Both the position numbers and the translations under genes were made by a program. The notes beneath the pieces are model-generated. The model saw only the letters and a list, made by a program, of their open reading frames with translations. It did not search any database and was not told where the DNA came from. A stretch of 64,000 bases of DNA, from the NCBI GenBank assembly GCA_965222375.1, contig CBDCTZ010000005.1:128001-192000 (forward strand), read 5' to 3'. The stretch comes from Polyangiaceae bacterium. Lineage in GTDB: Bacteria; Myxococcota_A; Polyangia; Polyangiales; Polyangiaceae. This document shows positions 9,905-20,565 of this stretch, piece after piece. Numbering within the stretch: the first letter of the stretch is position 1; the number at the start of each line of letters is the position of its first letter.

Positions 9905-12076
9905 ATGAAGCGTTCTTCCTCCTTGGGCTGCGTCGCGATTCTGACCCTGGCTGCCTGTGGCCCCGCTCGCGATACGCAGAGCCCGGTCGCAGCCACTAGC
10001 CCGCCACCGCCGGCGAGCGCCGCGCCCGCAGCGCCAGAGCCGAGCATCGACGACCTGCTGGCGAAGTGGACCGGCCCCCATGGAGGCGTGCCACCCTGGG
10101 ACAAGGCCAACCACAAGTTGTTCCAACCCGCCATCGACAAAGCCTCTGAACTCTACCTGGCGGAAGTGTACGCCATCGCTGCGTCCACAGAGCCCGCCAG
10201 CTTCGACAACACCCTCGCTGCCCTGGAGCGAGCGGGCAAACCCTTGGACCGGGTAGCAACGCTGTTCTTCGTGATGACGGGCAATCGCAACACGCCGGAG
10301 ATCCAAAAGCTCACGGGGGTGATTCGCCCGAAGCTCTCGGAAGTCTCCGACAAAGTGAACTTCAATGCGAAGTTGTTTGCTCGGATCAAGGCCGTCTACG
10401 ACGCGCGCGACAAGAGCGAGCTCGACGCGGAACAGAAACGGCTGGTCGAAAAGACCTACGACGACTTCGTACGCCGCGGCGCCAACCTCGACGCCGAAAA
10501 GAAGAAGCGTATGGGGGAGATCAACCAGCGCCTGGCCAAACTCTTCACCGACTTCGGCAACCGGGTGCAGGCCGATGAGGACACCTGGGTCACTCTCACC
10601 AAAGATGAACTGGCTGGACTGCCGGAATCCCTGGTAGCCAGCTACAAAGCGGCCGCCAGCGAGCGCAAGCTGGACGGCTACGCGGTAGTGAACACTCGCT
10701 CTGCCGTCGACCCCTTCTTGACCTTTTCCGACAATCGCGCCAAGCGCGAAAAGGTGTGGCGCGCGTTCATCAAGCGCGGGGACAACGGCGACAAGAACGA
10801 CACGAACGCGCTCATTCCAGAAATCGTCAAGCTCCGCGCTGAGCGCGCCAAGCTTCTCGGTTTCAAGAGCCACGCGCATTGGCGCATGAGCGACACCATG
10901 GCCAAGGACCCCGCTCGCGCTCAGAAGCTCATGATGCGGGTGTGGCCCGCCGCAGTCGCACGCGTGAAACAAGAAGTCCGCGACATGCAGAAGCTGGCGA
11001 CCAAGTTGGGTCACAAGATCACCGTCGAGCCCTGGGACTACCGCTACTACATGGAGAAGGTCCGCAAGCAGCGCTACGACCTGGACCAGAACGAGTTCAA
11101 GAAGTATTTCGAACTCGAAAACATGATCGCCGCGTCCTACTACATGGCCGAGAAGCTATACGGCTATGCCTTCGAGGAAATCACGGGCAAGGTTCCGGTA
11201 TTTCATCCCGATGTTCGCGTGTATCGGGTCACCAACAAGGCCGACGGCAGCCATGTCGGCTTCTTGTATCGAGACGATTTCGCGCGCCAGTACAAGCGCT
11301 CCGGCGCCTGGCAGGCCACCTATCAAGACCAACAGAAGTTGGACGGACAGGTGGACGCCATCGTGTCGAACAACAACAACTTCACCAAAGCCGGCAAGGG
11401 CCAGCCAGTGCTGATCAGCCTGGATGACGCCGAAACCCTCTTCCACGAGTTCGGCCACGCGCTCCATGCCCTGACCAACGACACCACCTATCCCTCCCTC
11501 GGGGGCACACCTCGGGACTTCGTCGAGTTCCCCAGCCAGGTGCACGAGAACTGGGTACTGACGCGAGAAATCCTGGACAAGTACGCGTTGCACTACAAGA
11601 CGAAGCAGAAGATGCCCCAAGCCCTCATCGACAAGATGCGGGCAGCATCCACGTTCAATCAAGGTTTCGCCACGGTCGAGTATCTGAGCGCTGCGATCGT
11701 CGACATGAAGCTCCACACCGACCCGAAAGGCGAGGTCGACCCGAAGGCCTTCGAGAAGAAGACGCTCAAGGCGATCGGAATGCCGAAGCAGATCGTGTTG
11801 CGCCATCGGCTACCCCACTTCCAGCACCTCTTCACCTCGGATTCATACTCGGCGGGGTACTATTCCTATCTCTGGTCAGACGTCATGGCGGCAGACGCCT
11901 GGGAAGCGTTCGAGAAGACCAAGGACCCCTGGCATCCGGAAACAGCGAAGAAGTTCAAGGAGATCATCCTGGCCACTGGCGACGCCATCGACCGAGCGGA
12001 GGCGTACCGGAAGTTCCGGGGCCGGGACCCGAAGGTCGAGGCGCTGTTGAAGAACCGCGGGTTTCCGACCCGCTGA
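9905..12076 (+). CDS. M3 family metallopeptidase (peptidyl-dipeptidase Dcp-like) lipoprotein
   Basis: KRSGAW, TLFHEFGHALH, RDFVEFPSQ, YSAGYYSYLW, FRGRDP; lipobox LAAC. Confidence 0.95.
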   Translation: MKRSSSLGCVAILTLAACGPARDTQSPVAATSPPPPASAAPAAPEPSIDDLLAKWTGPHGGVPPWDKANHKLFQPAIDKASELYLAEVYAIAASTEPASFDNTLAALERAGKPLDRVATLFFVMTGNRNTPEIQKLTGVIRPKLSEVSDKVNFNAKLFARIKAVYDARDKSELDAEQKRLVEKTYDDFVRRGANLDAEKKKRMGEINQRLAKLFTDFGNRVQADEDTWVTLTKDELAGLPESLVASYKAAASERKLDGYAVVNTRSAVDPFLTFSDNRAKREKVWRAFIKRGDNGDKNDTNALIPEIVKLRAERAKLLGFKSHAHWRMSDTMAKDPARAQKLMMRVWPAAVARVKQEVRDMQKLATKLGHKITVEPWDYRYYMEKVRKQRYDLDQNEFKKYFELENMIAASYYMAEKLYGYAFEEITGKVPVFHPDVRVYRVTNKADGSHVGFLYRDDFARQYKRSGAWQATYQDQQKLDGQVDAIVSNNNNFTKAGKGQPVLISLDDAETLFHEFGHALHALTNDTTYPSLGGTPRDFVEFPSQVHENWVLTREILDKYALHYKTKQKMPQALIDKMRAASTFNQGFATVEYLSAAIVDMKLHTDPKGEVDPKAFEKKTLKAIGMPKQIVLRHRLPHFQHLFTSDSYSAGYYSYLWSDVMAADAWEAFEKTKDPWHPETAKKFKEIILATGDAIDRAEAYRKFRGRDPKVEALLKNRGFPTR

Positions 12077-12088
12077 GGCGTCGCCAAG

Positions 12089-12850
12089 CTATTTCTTCTT
12101 GGCGATGCACATGTGGGTGAACTGCCCGCCCCCGGTCGGTTTGTTGTGGGCGCCGAAGTACAGGGTCTTGCCCACATGAGCGGACAGATCCAGTTCCAAC
12201 AGCTGCTGCTCCTTGTTGCAGACCAGCGTGTGGAGGTAGTTCAGATTATCCCAAGCGTTCTTCCCGGTCTTTTCCCAACCCTGGCAGCGCTTGATTGAAT
12301 CCACCGGGTCCGGAGGGCCCGTGTTCGTCGAAACGTAGATCGTTCCCCCCGCGTCCGTGATGCATACCAACACCAGATCGTTGCCCGGCGCTTCGACTTT
12401 CCATGCAGCGTCGTCGCAGATTTCGCTGCCATTGCGTGCGGCCTTGATGCAGTCGCTTTCCAGGTAGACCACGGGTCCGCAGGCCCCACAGGAGCCGCCG
12501 CAGTCCACCCCCGTCTCGTCGCAGTCCTGCTTGCCGTTGGAACAAGAGCAGCCGGCGTCCACGCCGCCGCTACCGCTCTGTCCACCTGCGCCGGAGCCGC
12601 CGGAGGATCCGGCGTCACACCTCGGGCAAGCGCTCTTGGTGCCATCTGGCAAGCAGGTCTGCTTCCCATTGGGCACGCCGAAGCAACTGCACACCCATTC
12701 GTCACCGGGGTTGCAGCTACCTGCACCTCCGCTACTGCTGCCACCGCTCCCCCCGGGCGGCGCGTTGCTCGCTGTACCTGTGGTGTCGTCACCGCAAGCC
12801 GCCAGTGCGAAGGCGAGGAACGAGGCGAGCACAACGCTGCGGCACTCCAT
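12089..12850 (-). CDS. Cys/Gly-rich lipoprotein
   Basis: LAACGDD lipobox; CSNGKQDCDETGVDCGGSC myxobacterial-type Cys repeat. Confidence 0.8.
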   Translation of the reverse strand: MECRSVVLASFLAFALAACGDDTTGTASNAPPGGSGGSSSGGAGSCNPGDEWVCSCFGVPNGKQTCLPDGTKSACPRCDAGSSGGSGAGGQSGSGGVDAGCSCSNGKQDCDETGVDCGGSCGACGPVVYLESDCIKAARNGSEICDDAAWKVEAPGNDLVLVCITDAGGTIYVSTNTGPPDPVDSIKRCQGWEKTGKNAWDNLNYLHTLVCNKEQQLLELDLSAHVGKTLYFGAHNKPTGGGQFTHMCIAKKK

Positions 12851-12897
12851 GTCCCTGAGCATAGCTCACTGAGCCCACGCCAGCTGGTCGTGGAATT

Positions 12898-15777
12898 CTA
12901 CGCTCTGACTGCAGAACTCGCTCGCCGCGCGCGCTTTTTCGATGCACTCCGCGCGGCCTTGATACCGAGCGCGTTGGCGAGGTACTGCCCCGTGAAGGAC
13001 GTGCGGCTCCGTGCAACCTCTTCGGGCGTTCCTGCTGCAACCACGTTTCCGCCTTCGGGTCCTCCTTCAGGTCCGAGATCCAGAACGTAGTCGGCGTTCT
13101 TGATCACCTCGATGTTGTGCTCCACCACCACGACCGTGTTGCCAGCGTCCACCAGGCGGTGCAGTACGCTGAGCAGTTTTTTGACGTCGTGGAAGTGAAG
13201 CCCCGTGGTGGGCTCATCCAAGACGTAGAGGGTTCCCTTCTGATTGCGCTTGCCGAGCTCTCGAGCGAGCTTGATGCGCTGGGCCTCACCGCCGGACAGG
13301 GTCGGAGAAGGCTGGCCCAGATGCAGGTATCCGACGCCCACCTCGGATAGAAGCGCCAAGGGCGCTCGGATTTTGGGGTGCGGAGAAAACAGCTCCAAGG
13401 CCTCGTCGATGGTCAGCTCCAGAACTTCAGCGATGGACTTGTCACGGTAGCGAATGGCCAGGGTCGCGTCGTTGAAGCGCCTCCCTTGGCACTCTTCGCA
13501 ACGCACGTAAACGTCCGCCAAGAAGTGCATCTCGACCTTGCGGACGCCGTCCCCTTCGCAGGCCTCGCAGCGCCCCCCTTTTACGTTGAATGAAAACCGC
13601 CCCGGCTTCATGCCGCGCATTCGGGCATCTGGCAGGGTTGCGAACAAGTTGCGGATTTCGTCGAAGGCTTTGACGTAGGTCGCTGGGTTGCTGCGCGGGG
13701 TGCGACCGATGGGTCGCTGATCCACCAACACCACGCGCTCCACTTGCTTGGCGCCATCTATTCGCTGGTGAGCCGCGGGGCGAGCATCTTCACTCTTGGA
13801 CAGCGCAGGTACGACGATGTCGTTGACCAAGGTGCTCTTGCCGGCGCCGCTGACCCCGGTCACCGCAATGAGCACTCCCAAAGGCAGCTCGGCATCGATG
13901 TTCTTAAGGTTGTTGGCTCGTGCTCCCCGCACAACGATCGCCCCCGACGGCTGACGCCGCGCGCTTGGCGTTTCAATCGTCGCGCGACCGGAGAGGTACT
14001 GCCCCGTCAGTGACTTGCGGCTCTTTTCGATTTGCCTGGCGGTACCCGAGAAGACGACCTCGCCACCGTGAATCCCGGCCCCAGGCCCGAAATCGACCAC
14101 CCAATCCGATGACCGGATCGTCTCCTCGTCATGCTCGACGACCACCACCGTATTGCCGATGTCCCGCAGTCGCAGCAGCGTGTCGATCAGGCGCCGATTG
14201 TCCCGCTGGTGCAGCCCGATGGAAGGCTCATCCAAGATGTAGAGCACGCCGGTCAGCTCGGAACCGACCTGGCTGGCCAGGCGGATCCGCTGCGCCTCTC
14301 CCCCGGACAAGGTCGGCCCGGGCCGGTCTAGGGACAGATAGCCCAAGCCCACTGCCTCCAAGAACCCGAGTCGCCCGCGTACTTCTTTCAGTACCTCCGT
14401 CGCGATCTCCGCGGATGCGCCCGACAAGCCCAACTCCGAAAAGAAACGCGCGGCATCACTGACCGTCAGAGCGCCGACATCGACCAGGCTCAGATCGCCA
14501 ACCCGAACCGCCGCACTTTCGCGTTTGAGGCGCGAGCCTCGACAGGCACGGCAGGGCGCGTCACCCATGAACCGCGCGTACCAGCGCTTCGCGCGATCCG
14601 ACTTCGTGCTCGAGAAGCGACGGGTCAGCCGCGGGATCAGCCCCTCCCACGTCACGTCAAACTTGCCGGATCCCGATCCCTTCTGAGTCTTCCAACGCAC
14701 CGTGAAGCGCTTCTCACCCGCGCCCCAGAGCAGCAGCTCCTTGTGGCGCTCGCTGAGTTTGGCGTAGGGGCGGTCGACCGGGATCTTCAGCCGCTCCAGG
14801 ATCTGTCCACGGAAGCCGTGCGCCCAGCCCTTCTTTTTCGAGACGCCAGGACCCCACACCGCCACGGCGCCTTCGTCGAGGGTCAAGCTTGGGTCGGGAA
14901 TGACTCGGTTGGGATCGATGGTCGAGAGCGTTCCCAAACCGTGACACTCAGGACACATCCCTTGGGGGCTGTTGAAGGAAAAGGCTTGAGGGGTCAGTGG
15001 AGAAAACGAGACCTTGCAGCGCAAGCAGGCGTTGTGGCGGCTGAACAATCGCTCGCTGTCGCCGTCCACCGCGCGCAGGGTGCCCTGCCCTAGCTCCAGA
15101 GCGCGCTCCACACTCTCGGCCAGGCGCCCCCGGGAGCTTCGAGTGAGCTTCACCCGGTCGACGACCACATCCAGATTGTGCTTCTTGCGCTTTTCTAGGG
15201 CGTCCAACCCATCGAGGCGCCGAATCTCGCCGTCCACGCGAACTCGGACGTGGCCGTCGCGACGCAGTCCTTCGAGCAGCTCACGGTGCTCGCCTTTTCG
15301 GTTCTCGAGCACCCGGGAAAGCAACACCACGTTTTTGCCGGGTGCATCCGCAAGCAGCGTGTCCGCAATGCGTTCCGGGGATTGCCCCATGACCTCATCG
15401 CCGCAGCGGGGGCAGTGCTGAACGCCAATTCGAGCGTAGAGAACCCGCAGATAGTCGGAGATCTCCGTGATCGTGCCGACGGTGGATCGGGGATTTACAT
15501 TCGTGGCCTTCTGCTCGATGGAGACGGCCGGCGCGAGGCCACGGATGGTGTCGAACTTGGGCTTGTCCAACCTGCCGAGGAACTGCCGCGCGTAGGCGGA
15601 TAGGGACTCCACGTAGCGGCGTTGCCCTTCGGCGTAGAGGGTGTCGAAGGCCAGCGAGCTCTTGCCAGACCCGGAGACGCCGGAGAAAACCACGAGCTTC
15701 TTCTTTGGCACCCGCACCTGGACGCCCTTGAGGTTGTGCTCTCGGGCACCAGTGACGAGGATGTGATCGAGTTCCAT
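12898..15777 (-). CDS. uvrA: Excinuclease ABC subunit A
   Basis: GAREHNLK, GVSGSGKSSLAFDTLYAEGQRRY, two LSGGEAQRI signatures, Zn fingers. Confidence 0.97.
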   Translation of the reverse strand: MELDHILVTGAREHNLKGVQVRVPKKKLVVFSGVSGSGKSSLAFDTLYAEGQRRYVESLSAYARQFLGRLDKPKFDTIRGLAPAVSIEQKATNVNPRSTVGTITEISDYLRVLYARIGVQHCPRCGDEVMGQSPERIADTLLADAPGKNVVLLSRVLENRKGEHRELLEGLRRDGHVRVRVDGEIRRLDGLDALEKRKKHNLDVVVDRVKLTRSSRGRLAESVERALELGQGTLRAVDGDSERLFSRHNACLRCKVSFSPLTPQAFSFNSPQGMCPECHGLGTLSTIDPNRVIPDPSLTLDEGAVAVWGPGVSKKKGWAHGFRGQILERLKIPVDRPYAKLSERHKELLLWGAGEKRFTVRWKTQKGSGSGKFDVTWEGLIPRLTRRFSSTKSDRAKRWYARFMGDAPCRACRGSRLKRESAAVRVGDLSLVDVGALTVSDAARFFSELGLSGASAEIATEVLKEVRGRLGFLEAVGLGYLSLDRPGPTLSGGEAQRIRLASQVGSELTGVLYILDEPSIGLHQRDNRRLIDTLLRLRDIGNTVVVVEHDEETIRSSDWVVDFGPGAGIHGGEVVFSGTARQIEKSRKSLTGQYLSGRATIETPSARRQPSGAIVVRGARANNLKNIDAELPLGVLIAVTGVSGAGKSTLVNDIVVPALSKSEDARPAAHQRIDGAKQVERVVLVDQRPIGRTPRSNPATYVKAFDEIRNLFATLPDARMRGMKPGRFSFNVKGGRCEACEGDGVRKVEMHFLADVYVRCEECQGRRFNDATLAIRYRDKSIAEVLELTIDEALELFSPHPKIRAPLALLSEVGVGYLHLGQPSPTLSGGEAQRIKLARELGKRNQKGTLYVLDEPTTGLHFHDVKKLLSVLHRLVDAGNTVVVVEHNIEVIKNADYVLDLGPEGGPEGGNVVAAGTPEEVARSRTSFTGQYLANALGIKAARSASKKRARRASSAVRA

Positions 15778-15854
15778 ACGTTCGTGTTTCGGGCGGTTTT
15801 TCGGCTTCGACGCCAAGGCGTGACGCTTGGGCCGGAGTCGTGTATGCCCGCAGG

Positions 15855-16568
15855 ATGTCGCTATCAAGGACCTTTCTCTCGCTCCTAGTGCTGGGAGCGC
15901 TCGCCTGTCAGTCCGAAAAAGCACCCGAGCCCGAGAGCCGGCCCGCACCGGGCCCAGAAAAGGCCGCTCTACCCGCGGCAGCGCCCGCACCGGCCGCACC
16001 GGCCGCGGCGGCACCGGCCGTGCCCGGGCCGGACAAGGCGAAGGAGCAGGCACCAGCCAAGTACAAGGCGAAGTTCACGACATCCAAAGGAGACTTCACC
16101 TTGGAGGTGACGCGCGCCTGGGCGCCCCAGGGTGCGGATCGTTTCTACAACCTCGTGAAAATCGGCTTCTTCAACGACGCGCGATTCTTTCGAGTCGTGC
16201 CCGGCTTCGTCGTGCAGTGGGGCATTCACGCCCAGGGCGAACCCGTCATGAGTCAGTGGCGAAGTGCCAGTATTCCCGACGATCCCGTCAAGGAGTCGAA
16301 CAAAGCGGGAACGATCGTGTTTGCCACGAGCGGCCCGAACTCGCGCAGCACCCAGATGTTCATCAACTTCAAAGACAACGCCCGCCTCGACGCAATGGGC
16401 TTCGCTCCCTTTGGCAAAGTCATCGAGGGCATGGACGTCGTCAACAAGATCAACGCCGAGTATGAACAACGCGCAGCGCAGCCCTCGATTCAGCGGGAGG
16501 GCAACGCGTACTTGAATCGCGAATTCCCGAACATGGACTTCATCAAGAAGACCGAAATCGTGAAGTAG
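15855..16568 (+). CDS. Cyclophilin-type peptidyl-prolyl isomerase lipoprotein
   Basis: WAP.GADRF, FFRVVPGFVVQWG, TQMFIN, FAPFGKV. Confidence 0.93.
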   Translation: MSLSRTFLSLLVLGALACQSEKAPEPESRPAPGPEKAALPAAAPAPAAPAAAAPAVPGPDKAKEQAPAKYKAKFTTSKGDFTLEVTRAWAPQGADRFYNLVKIGFFNDARFFRVVPGFVVQWGIHAQGEPVMSQWRSASIPDDPVKESNKAGTIVFATSGPNSRSTQMFINFKDNARLDAMGFAPFGKVIEGMDVVNKINAEYEQRAAQPSIQREGNAYLNREFPNMDFIKKTEIVK

Positions 16569-16583
16569 CGGTCTTTTTCGCGT

Positions 16584-17261
16584 ATGTCTCCCCGGGTCAT
16601 TCTGCTGGACATCGACGGGACGCTGATTTCCTGCGGGGGCGCGGGCCGTAGCGCCATGGTGGACGCGGTGAGCGAGCACGTCGGCCGGCGCGACGTGCTC
16701 GAGTTCCGATTCGGTGGGCTGACGGATCAGCTCATCGTTCGGCGTGCCTTGGACAGCGCCGGGGTGGAGGCATCGACGAGCCGCATCGACGACGTGCTCG
16801 ACACCTACCTGGAGCTACTCCCGGCGGCGCTGGATGCGGCAACCGACTACCAAGTGCTTCCTGGCGTGCCGGCACTGCTCCAAGCTCTCGGCGGCCAGCG
16901 CCATGTCGCGCTGGGCCTGGGCACTGGCAACATCGAGGGCGGAGCGCGCCACAAGCTGCAATACGGCGATCTGTGGAAGGAGTTTTCCTTCGGGGGATAC
17001 GGCAGCGACCATGAAGCTCGGGACGAAATCCTCCGCATCGGGGCCAAACGCGGCGCAGCGCAGTTCGACGAAGAATCTGCGCCCACCGTGTTTGTCGTCG
17101 GGGACACGCCCCACGATGTTGCAGCCGCACAAGCCATTGGCGCTACCTGCATCGCGGTCGCAACCGGCGGCTTCGGAGCCGACGAGTTAGCCGCTGTGGG
17201 CGCTCACCTGGTGGTCGATGATCTGAGCGACCCGCGCGCCCTGGATATCCTCCTGGGTTAG
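16584..17261 (+). CDS. HAD family hydrolase
   Basis: DIDGTL, TGN, GDTPHD motifs. Confidence 0.92.
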   Translation: MSPRVILLDIDGTLISCGGAGRSAMVDAVSEHVGRRDVLEFRFGGLTDQLIVRRALDSAGVEASTSRIDDVLDTYLELLPAALDAATDYQVLPGVPALLQALGGQRHVALGLGTGNIEGGARHKLQYGDLWKEFSFGGYGSDHEARDEILRIGAKRGAAQFDEESAPTVFVVGDTPHDVAAAQAIGATCIAVATGGFGADELAAVGAHLVVDDLSDPRALDILLG

Positions 17262-17336
17262 CCGGAAAACTGCTGCCAACGCTTCCCAGGAGAAGCTATC
17301 AGTCCTAGCCTTTGGCGCTGAACGGGCAGACGAAAT

Positions 17337-18176
17337 TTGGCTGACGCGCGCATCGTATTTGTCACCGGGAAGGGCGGAGTGGGCAAGAGCACCGTGGCCG
17401 CCGCACTGGCGCTCGCACGGGCCCGGTCCCGGGGCCAAGCCATCTTGGTCGAGGTGGAAGACGGTCGGGCAGCTGTGCGTGCTCTCGGTTCCGAAAGCGG
17501 TGTTCGCGTGGTGACGGTGACTCATCAAGTCGCGATGCAGAACGCGATCGCTCGCCTGCTCCGCACGCGAATTCTGGCCAAGGCCATCGTCAAGCAGCGC
17601 TCGATTGCGCGCTTGCTAGACACCGTGCCGGCGATTCGCGAACTCGTGGTTTTGGAAGAGGTCCGAGCAATTGCGGAAGACAACCCAGACGCGAGCGTGA
17701 TTATCGACTTGCCAGCAACAGGTCACGCCGTGGACTTCTTGCGCGTGCCCTCGGCCGCAAAGCGCTTCCTACAGCGCGGCCCCGCCGCGCGGATGTGCGA
17801 CGAGATCCTGGAGCAGGTCCTCGACCCTGGCCGGAGTAAGATCGTGGTGGTGAGCACCTTCGAGCCCGTCGTCGCTCAGGAAACTCGCGAGCTCTGTCAG
17901 CGCTTGCAGGACGAGCTCGGTTTTCCCGCCGACACCATCATCATGAATCGAGCACCGAAGCCCGTCGACGAGGAAGCGGTCGCGGAGCTTTCGCGCCGTT
18001 GCCGTGAAAGCCCGGAGCTCGCGGGTATCGGTCGCGCCGTGCTGGCTCGCGTGGCGGCGTGTCGCGAGGCCGAAGAATCCCGGGCTGTCCTGGCGAGTTT
18101 CGCGCCAGTGCTCACGGTCTCGGAGTACTACGCGGATCCTCGCGCGGCGGATTTCGTACAAGAGCTATCCCTATGA
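17337..18176 (+). CDS. ArsA/Get3-like ATPase, subunit 1
   Basis: VTGKGGVGKST and DLPATGH. Confidence 0.85.
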   Translation: MADARIVFVTGKGGVGKSTVAAALALARARSRGQAILVEVEDGRAAVRALGSESGVRVVTVTHQVAMQNAIARLLRTRILAKAIVKQRSIARLLDTVPAIRELVVLEEVRAIAEDNPDASVIIDLPATGHAVDFLRVPSAAKRFLQRGPAARMCDEILEQVLDPGRSKIVVVSTFEPVVAQETRELCQRLQDELGFPADTIIMNRAPKPVDEEAVAELSRRCRESPELAGIGRAVLARVAACREAEESRAVLASFAPVLTVSEYYADPRAADFVQELSL

Positions 18177-19249
18177 GTGCGCGGCTGTGGATCATCGTGG
18201 GTGGCGGAGGTGTCGGCAAGACGACCACGAGCGCCGCGCTGGGGCTCGCGCTCGCGAAATCCGGGCGACGCACTCTCGTCATCACGGTAGATCCGGCGCG
18301 TCGCCTCGCAGACGCCCTGGGCGTTCAGCTCAACGTGGAGGCGACGAGGGTTGGCATTCAGGGCGTCGAGATGGATGCACGGATGCCCGATAGCCGGCGT
18401 AGCGTGGATCAATTCGTGGAGTGGCTTTGGGTCGATCCCGAGGCGCAACGCCGAGTGCGGGACAATCCCATGTACCGGGAGCTCGGAGACGCCCTCGCGG
18501 GGGTGCACGAGCTGGTCAGCCTCGCGGTGTTGGAGCGAGACGTGCAGAGCGGGAACTACGATGACGTAATCCTGGACACAGCTCCTTCTCGACACGCCCT
18601 GGAGTTGTTCGATTATCCGAAGAAGCTCGTCAAGATGTTGGACGAGCGCACCCTTCGTTTCATGGTGGGTTTGGCCCGGCTCGCCGGCGCGACCCTCGAA
18701 GACCGACCCGAGGAAAGCCGACTCTTCGCGTGGGGGAAACGCCGGGCGGGCGCTCTCGTCAGCCACCTGGTGGGCGAAACCGCCATCGTAAACATCGCAG
18801 CGCTCTTCGTCGAACTAGAAGCCGCGCGAGAGCGTTGGCTCGCCCTGGTTCAGAGCGTGGAAGCTCGGCTTGCCAGCGACAGCACCCGTTATGTCGTCAT
18901 CGCCGCACCCTCGGGTGCCGCCCTGGACGACGCGGCGCACCTCTGCGCTGAGCTCGCCCGCCGCCGCTACAATACGGCCGCTCTGCTCGTGAACCGCACT
19001 CGAGCGGAGCACAACGCTTGGCCGAGCTTCGAGCCCACGGACCCGCTCCACCCCGTGGCGTCCAGCCTGGAGCAGGAAGCCCAGCGCCTCGCAACCCAGA
19101 CGAAGACCGCGTTGAAGCGGGTCAAAGCATTCCCGCGAACCGGTGCGACTCTCGCGACGCTGCCCGCGGTAGAGGAAGTCGAGCCCACCAAGGTATTGGC
19201 GGCCCTGAGCCAGCACTTGGAACAAGAGCTCTGGGTTGGCGGCGACTGA
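18173..19249 (+). CDS. ArsA/Get3-like ATPase, subunit 2
   Basis: GGGGVGKTT, TVDPARRLADALG, DTAPS; ATGA overlap. Confidence 0.88.
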   Translation: MSARLWIIVGGGGVGKTTTSAALGLALAKSGRRTLVITVDPARRLADALGVQLNVEATRVGIQGVEMDARMPDSRRSVDQFVEWLWVDPEAQRRVRDNPMYRELGDALAGVHELVSLAVLERDVQSGNYDDVILDTAPSRHALELFDYPKKLVKMLDERTLRFMVGLARLAGATLEDRPEESRLFAWGKRRAGALVSHLVGETAIVNIAALFVELEAARERWLALVQSVEARLASDSTRYVVIAAPSGAALDDAAHLCAELARRRYNTAALLVNRTRAEHNAWPSFEPTDPLHPVASSLEQEAQRLATQTKTALKRVKAFPRTGATLATLPAVEEVEPTKVLAALSQHLEQELWVGGD

Positions 19250-19275
19250 CGACCCAGCTGCGCGATCTGGGTCAG

Positions 19276-20280
19276 TCACGGGTTTTCGTGATGCCGGCGC
19301 GCTCGCTCGGTGAGCACAAGCGCTAGCGCAGCAACGCCGATCGCCAAGGGCAGCGACACCCCCGCCGTGGGGGCCAACATCATCAACGCCGCACCGTGAA
19401 TCGATAGCGGGTAGCTCTTCAAGGAGGCCGCCTCGGAACCCCGGCGTAGGGGCCCCCCCGCGCTCGCCGCGACGAGAGCAGCACCGAGGCACGCAAGCCC
19501 CACGGCGGACGGCGAAACCAGAACCTCAGGGGTTGCGACCCAAACCAACGCCAGGCTCAGCACCGCGCGAAGCCCGGCGCTAGCCCGAACGCCGATCACA
19601 TGGGCCAACGTGCGATAACCCGCAAGTCGGTCACCACGGCGGTCCTTCTCGTAGTTGGCCTGCAAGTACAGCCCCGCTATCGCGGCTACGTAACCCAAAG
19701 TCGGGGCCGCTGCGGTGAAAGCAAAGTCTCCAGCTATCGTCGCGGAAAAGCCGAAGGCTGCAGCCACGGCCACCAGCGCGCCGTGGGCCAGGTTTCCGAG
19801 CAATGGCAGCTTCTTCGCTGAGTTGTAGCCAATCAAGAGCACGGCCGCGAGAGGGATGAACGGGATGGCAGCAGGCGCCGCAATCGCAACAGCGGCGGCG
19901 ACCGCAATGCCGAGCGCAAGTGCAACACTGAGCGTTGGACCCGGTGGCAGCAATCCGCGCGCAGCCGCACGGCCAGGTGCGTCCACCGCATCTGCTTCCA
20001 CGTCCAACAAGTCGTTGAGCAGCTGGCCCACGCCCCAGCCAACTCCGGCCGCTGCGACGACCAATGCGACACGCCACGGCTGCTCGAAACTGCCTCGGGC
20101 GGAGCTGCCTGCCAACGCCGCGCCTGCGGGAATGAAGAAGAAGTGCGCGCGCAAGGCGCGCACCAACTCCCGCCAGAATATCCGAGGCGCCACACCCAGC
20201 GGTGGCGGACTGCCCCGCGCTATCCCACTCAGGTAATTCGCACCAGAGCGTGCAACACTCGCAAGATCCCGCTCTGCCAC
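19276..20280 (-). CDS. UbiA family prenyltransferase
   Basis: NDLLDVEAD and NYEKDRRGD...GYRT motifs, many TM helices. Confidence 0.85.
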   Translation of the reverse strand: MAERDLASVARSGANYLSGIARGSPPPLGVAPRIFWRELVRALRAHFFFIPAGAALAGSSARGSFEQPWRVALVVAAAGVGWGVGQLLNDLLDVEADAVDAPGRAAARGLLPPGPTLSVALALGIAVAAAVAIAAPAAIPFIPLAAVLLIGYNSAKKLPLLGNLAHGALVAVAAAFGFSATIAGDFAFTAAAPTLGYVAAIAGLYLQANYEKDRRGDRLAGYRTLAHVIGVRASAGLRAVLSLALVWVATPEVLVSPSAVGLACLGAALVAASAGGPLRRGSEAASLKSYPLSIHGAALMMLAPTAGVSLPLAIGVAALALVLTERARRHHENP

Positions 20281-20565
20281 TCGAGACGAAGCGTGACCAG
20301 GTACGGCCCCCGGTGCAACCCCGGGGCGCCAGCCCGCGGTGGCCCTAGGCCAGCTGTCGCCGAAGAACCCTGGAAATGTCCGCCCCTTATGGAGTTCGCG
20401 ACCAGCGCTCGTTTTCGGCCAGCGGCAAGAACGGATACTGCCATCCGAGCCCCACAGGCCGCCTGGGCGTGCGGACTGTCATGGGAAGTACTGCCCCAAC
20501 GCTCGAGTCACGCACGCTTCTGGATATCGATTGGAACTTCCCCCAGGCGACACTAGCTTGGAGGT

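Noticed and set aside
9833..11806. Long antisense ORFs here and elsewhere (e.g. 24878-26509, 46883-47980)
   Set aside because: Shadow frames of GC-rich genes with no motifs
20281..20565. Possible riboswitch before the FAD oxidoreductase
   Set aside because: No recognisable aptamer consensus; the gene appears leaderless
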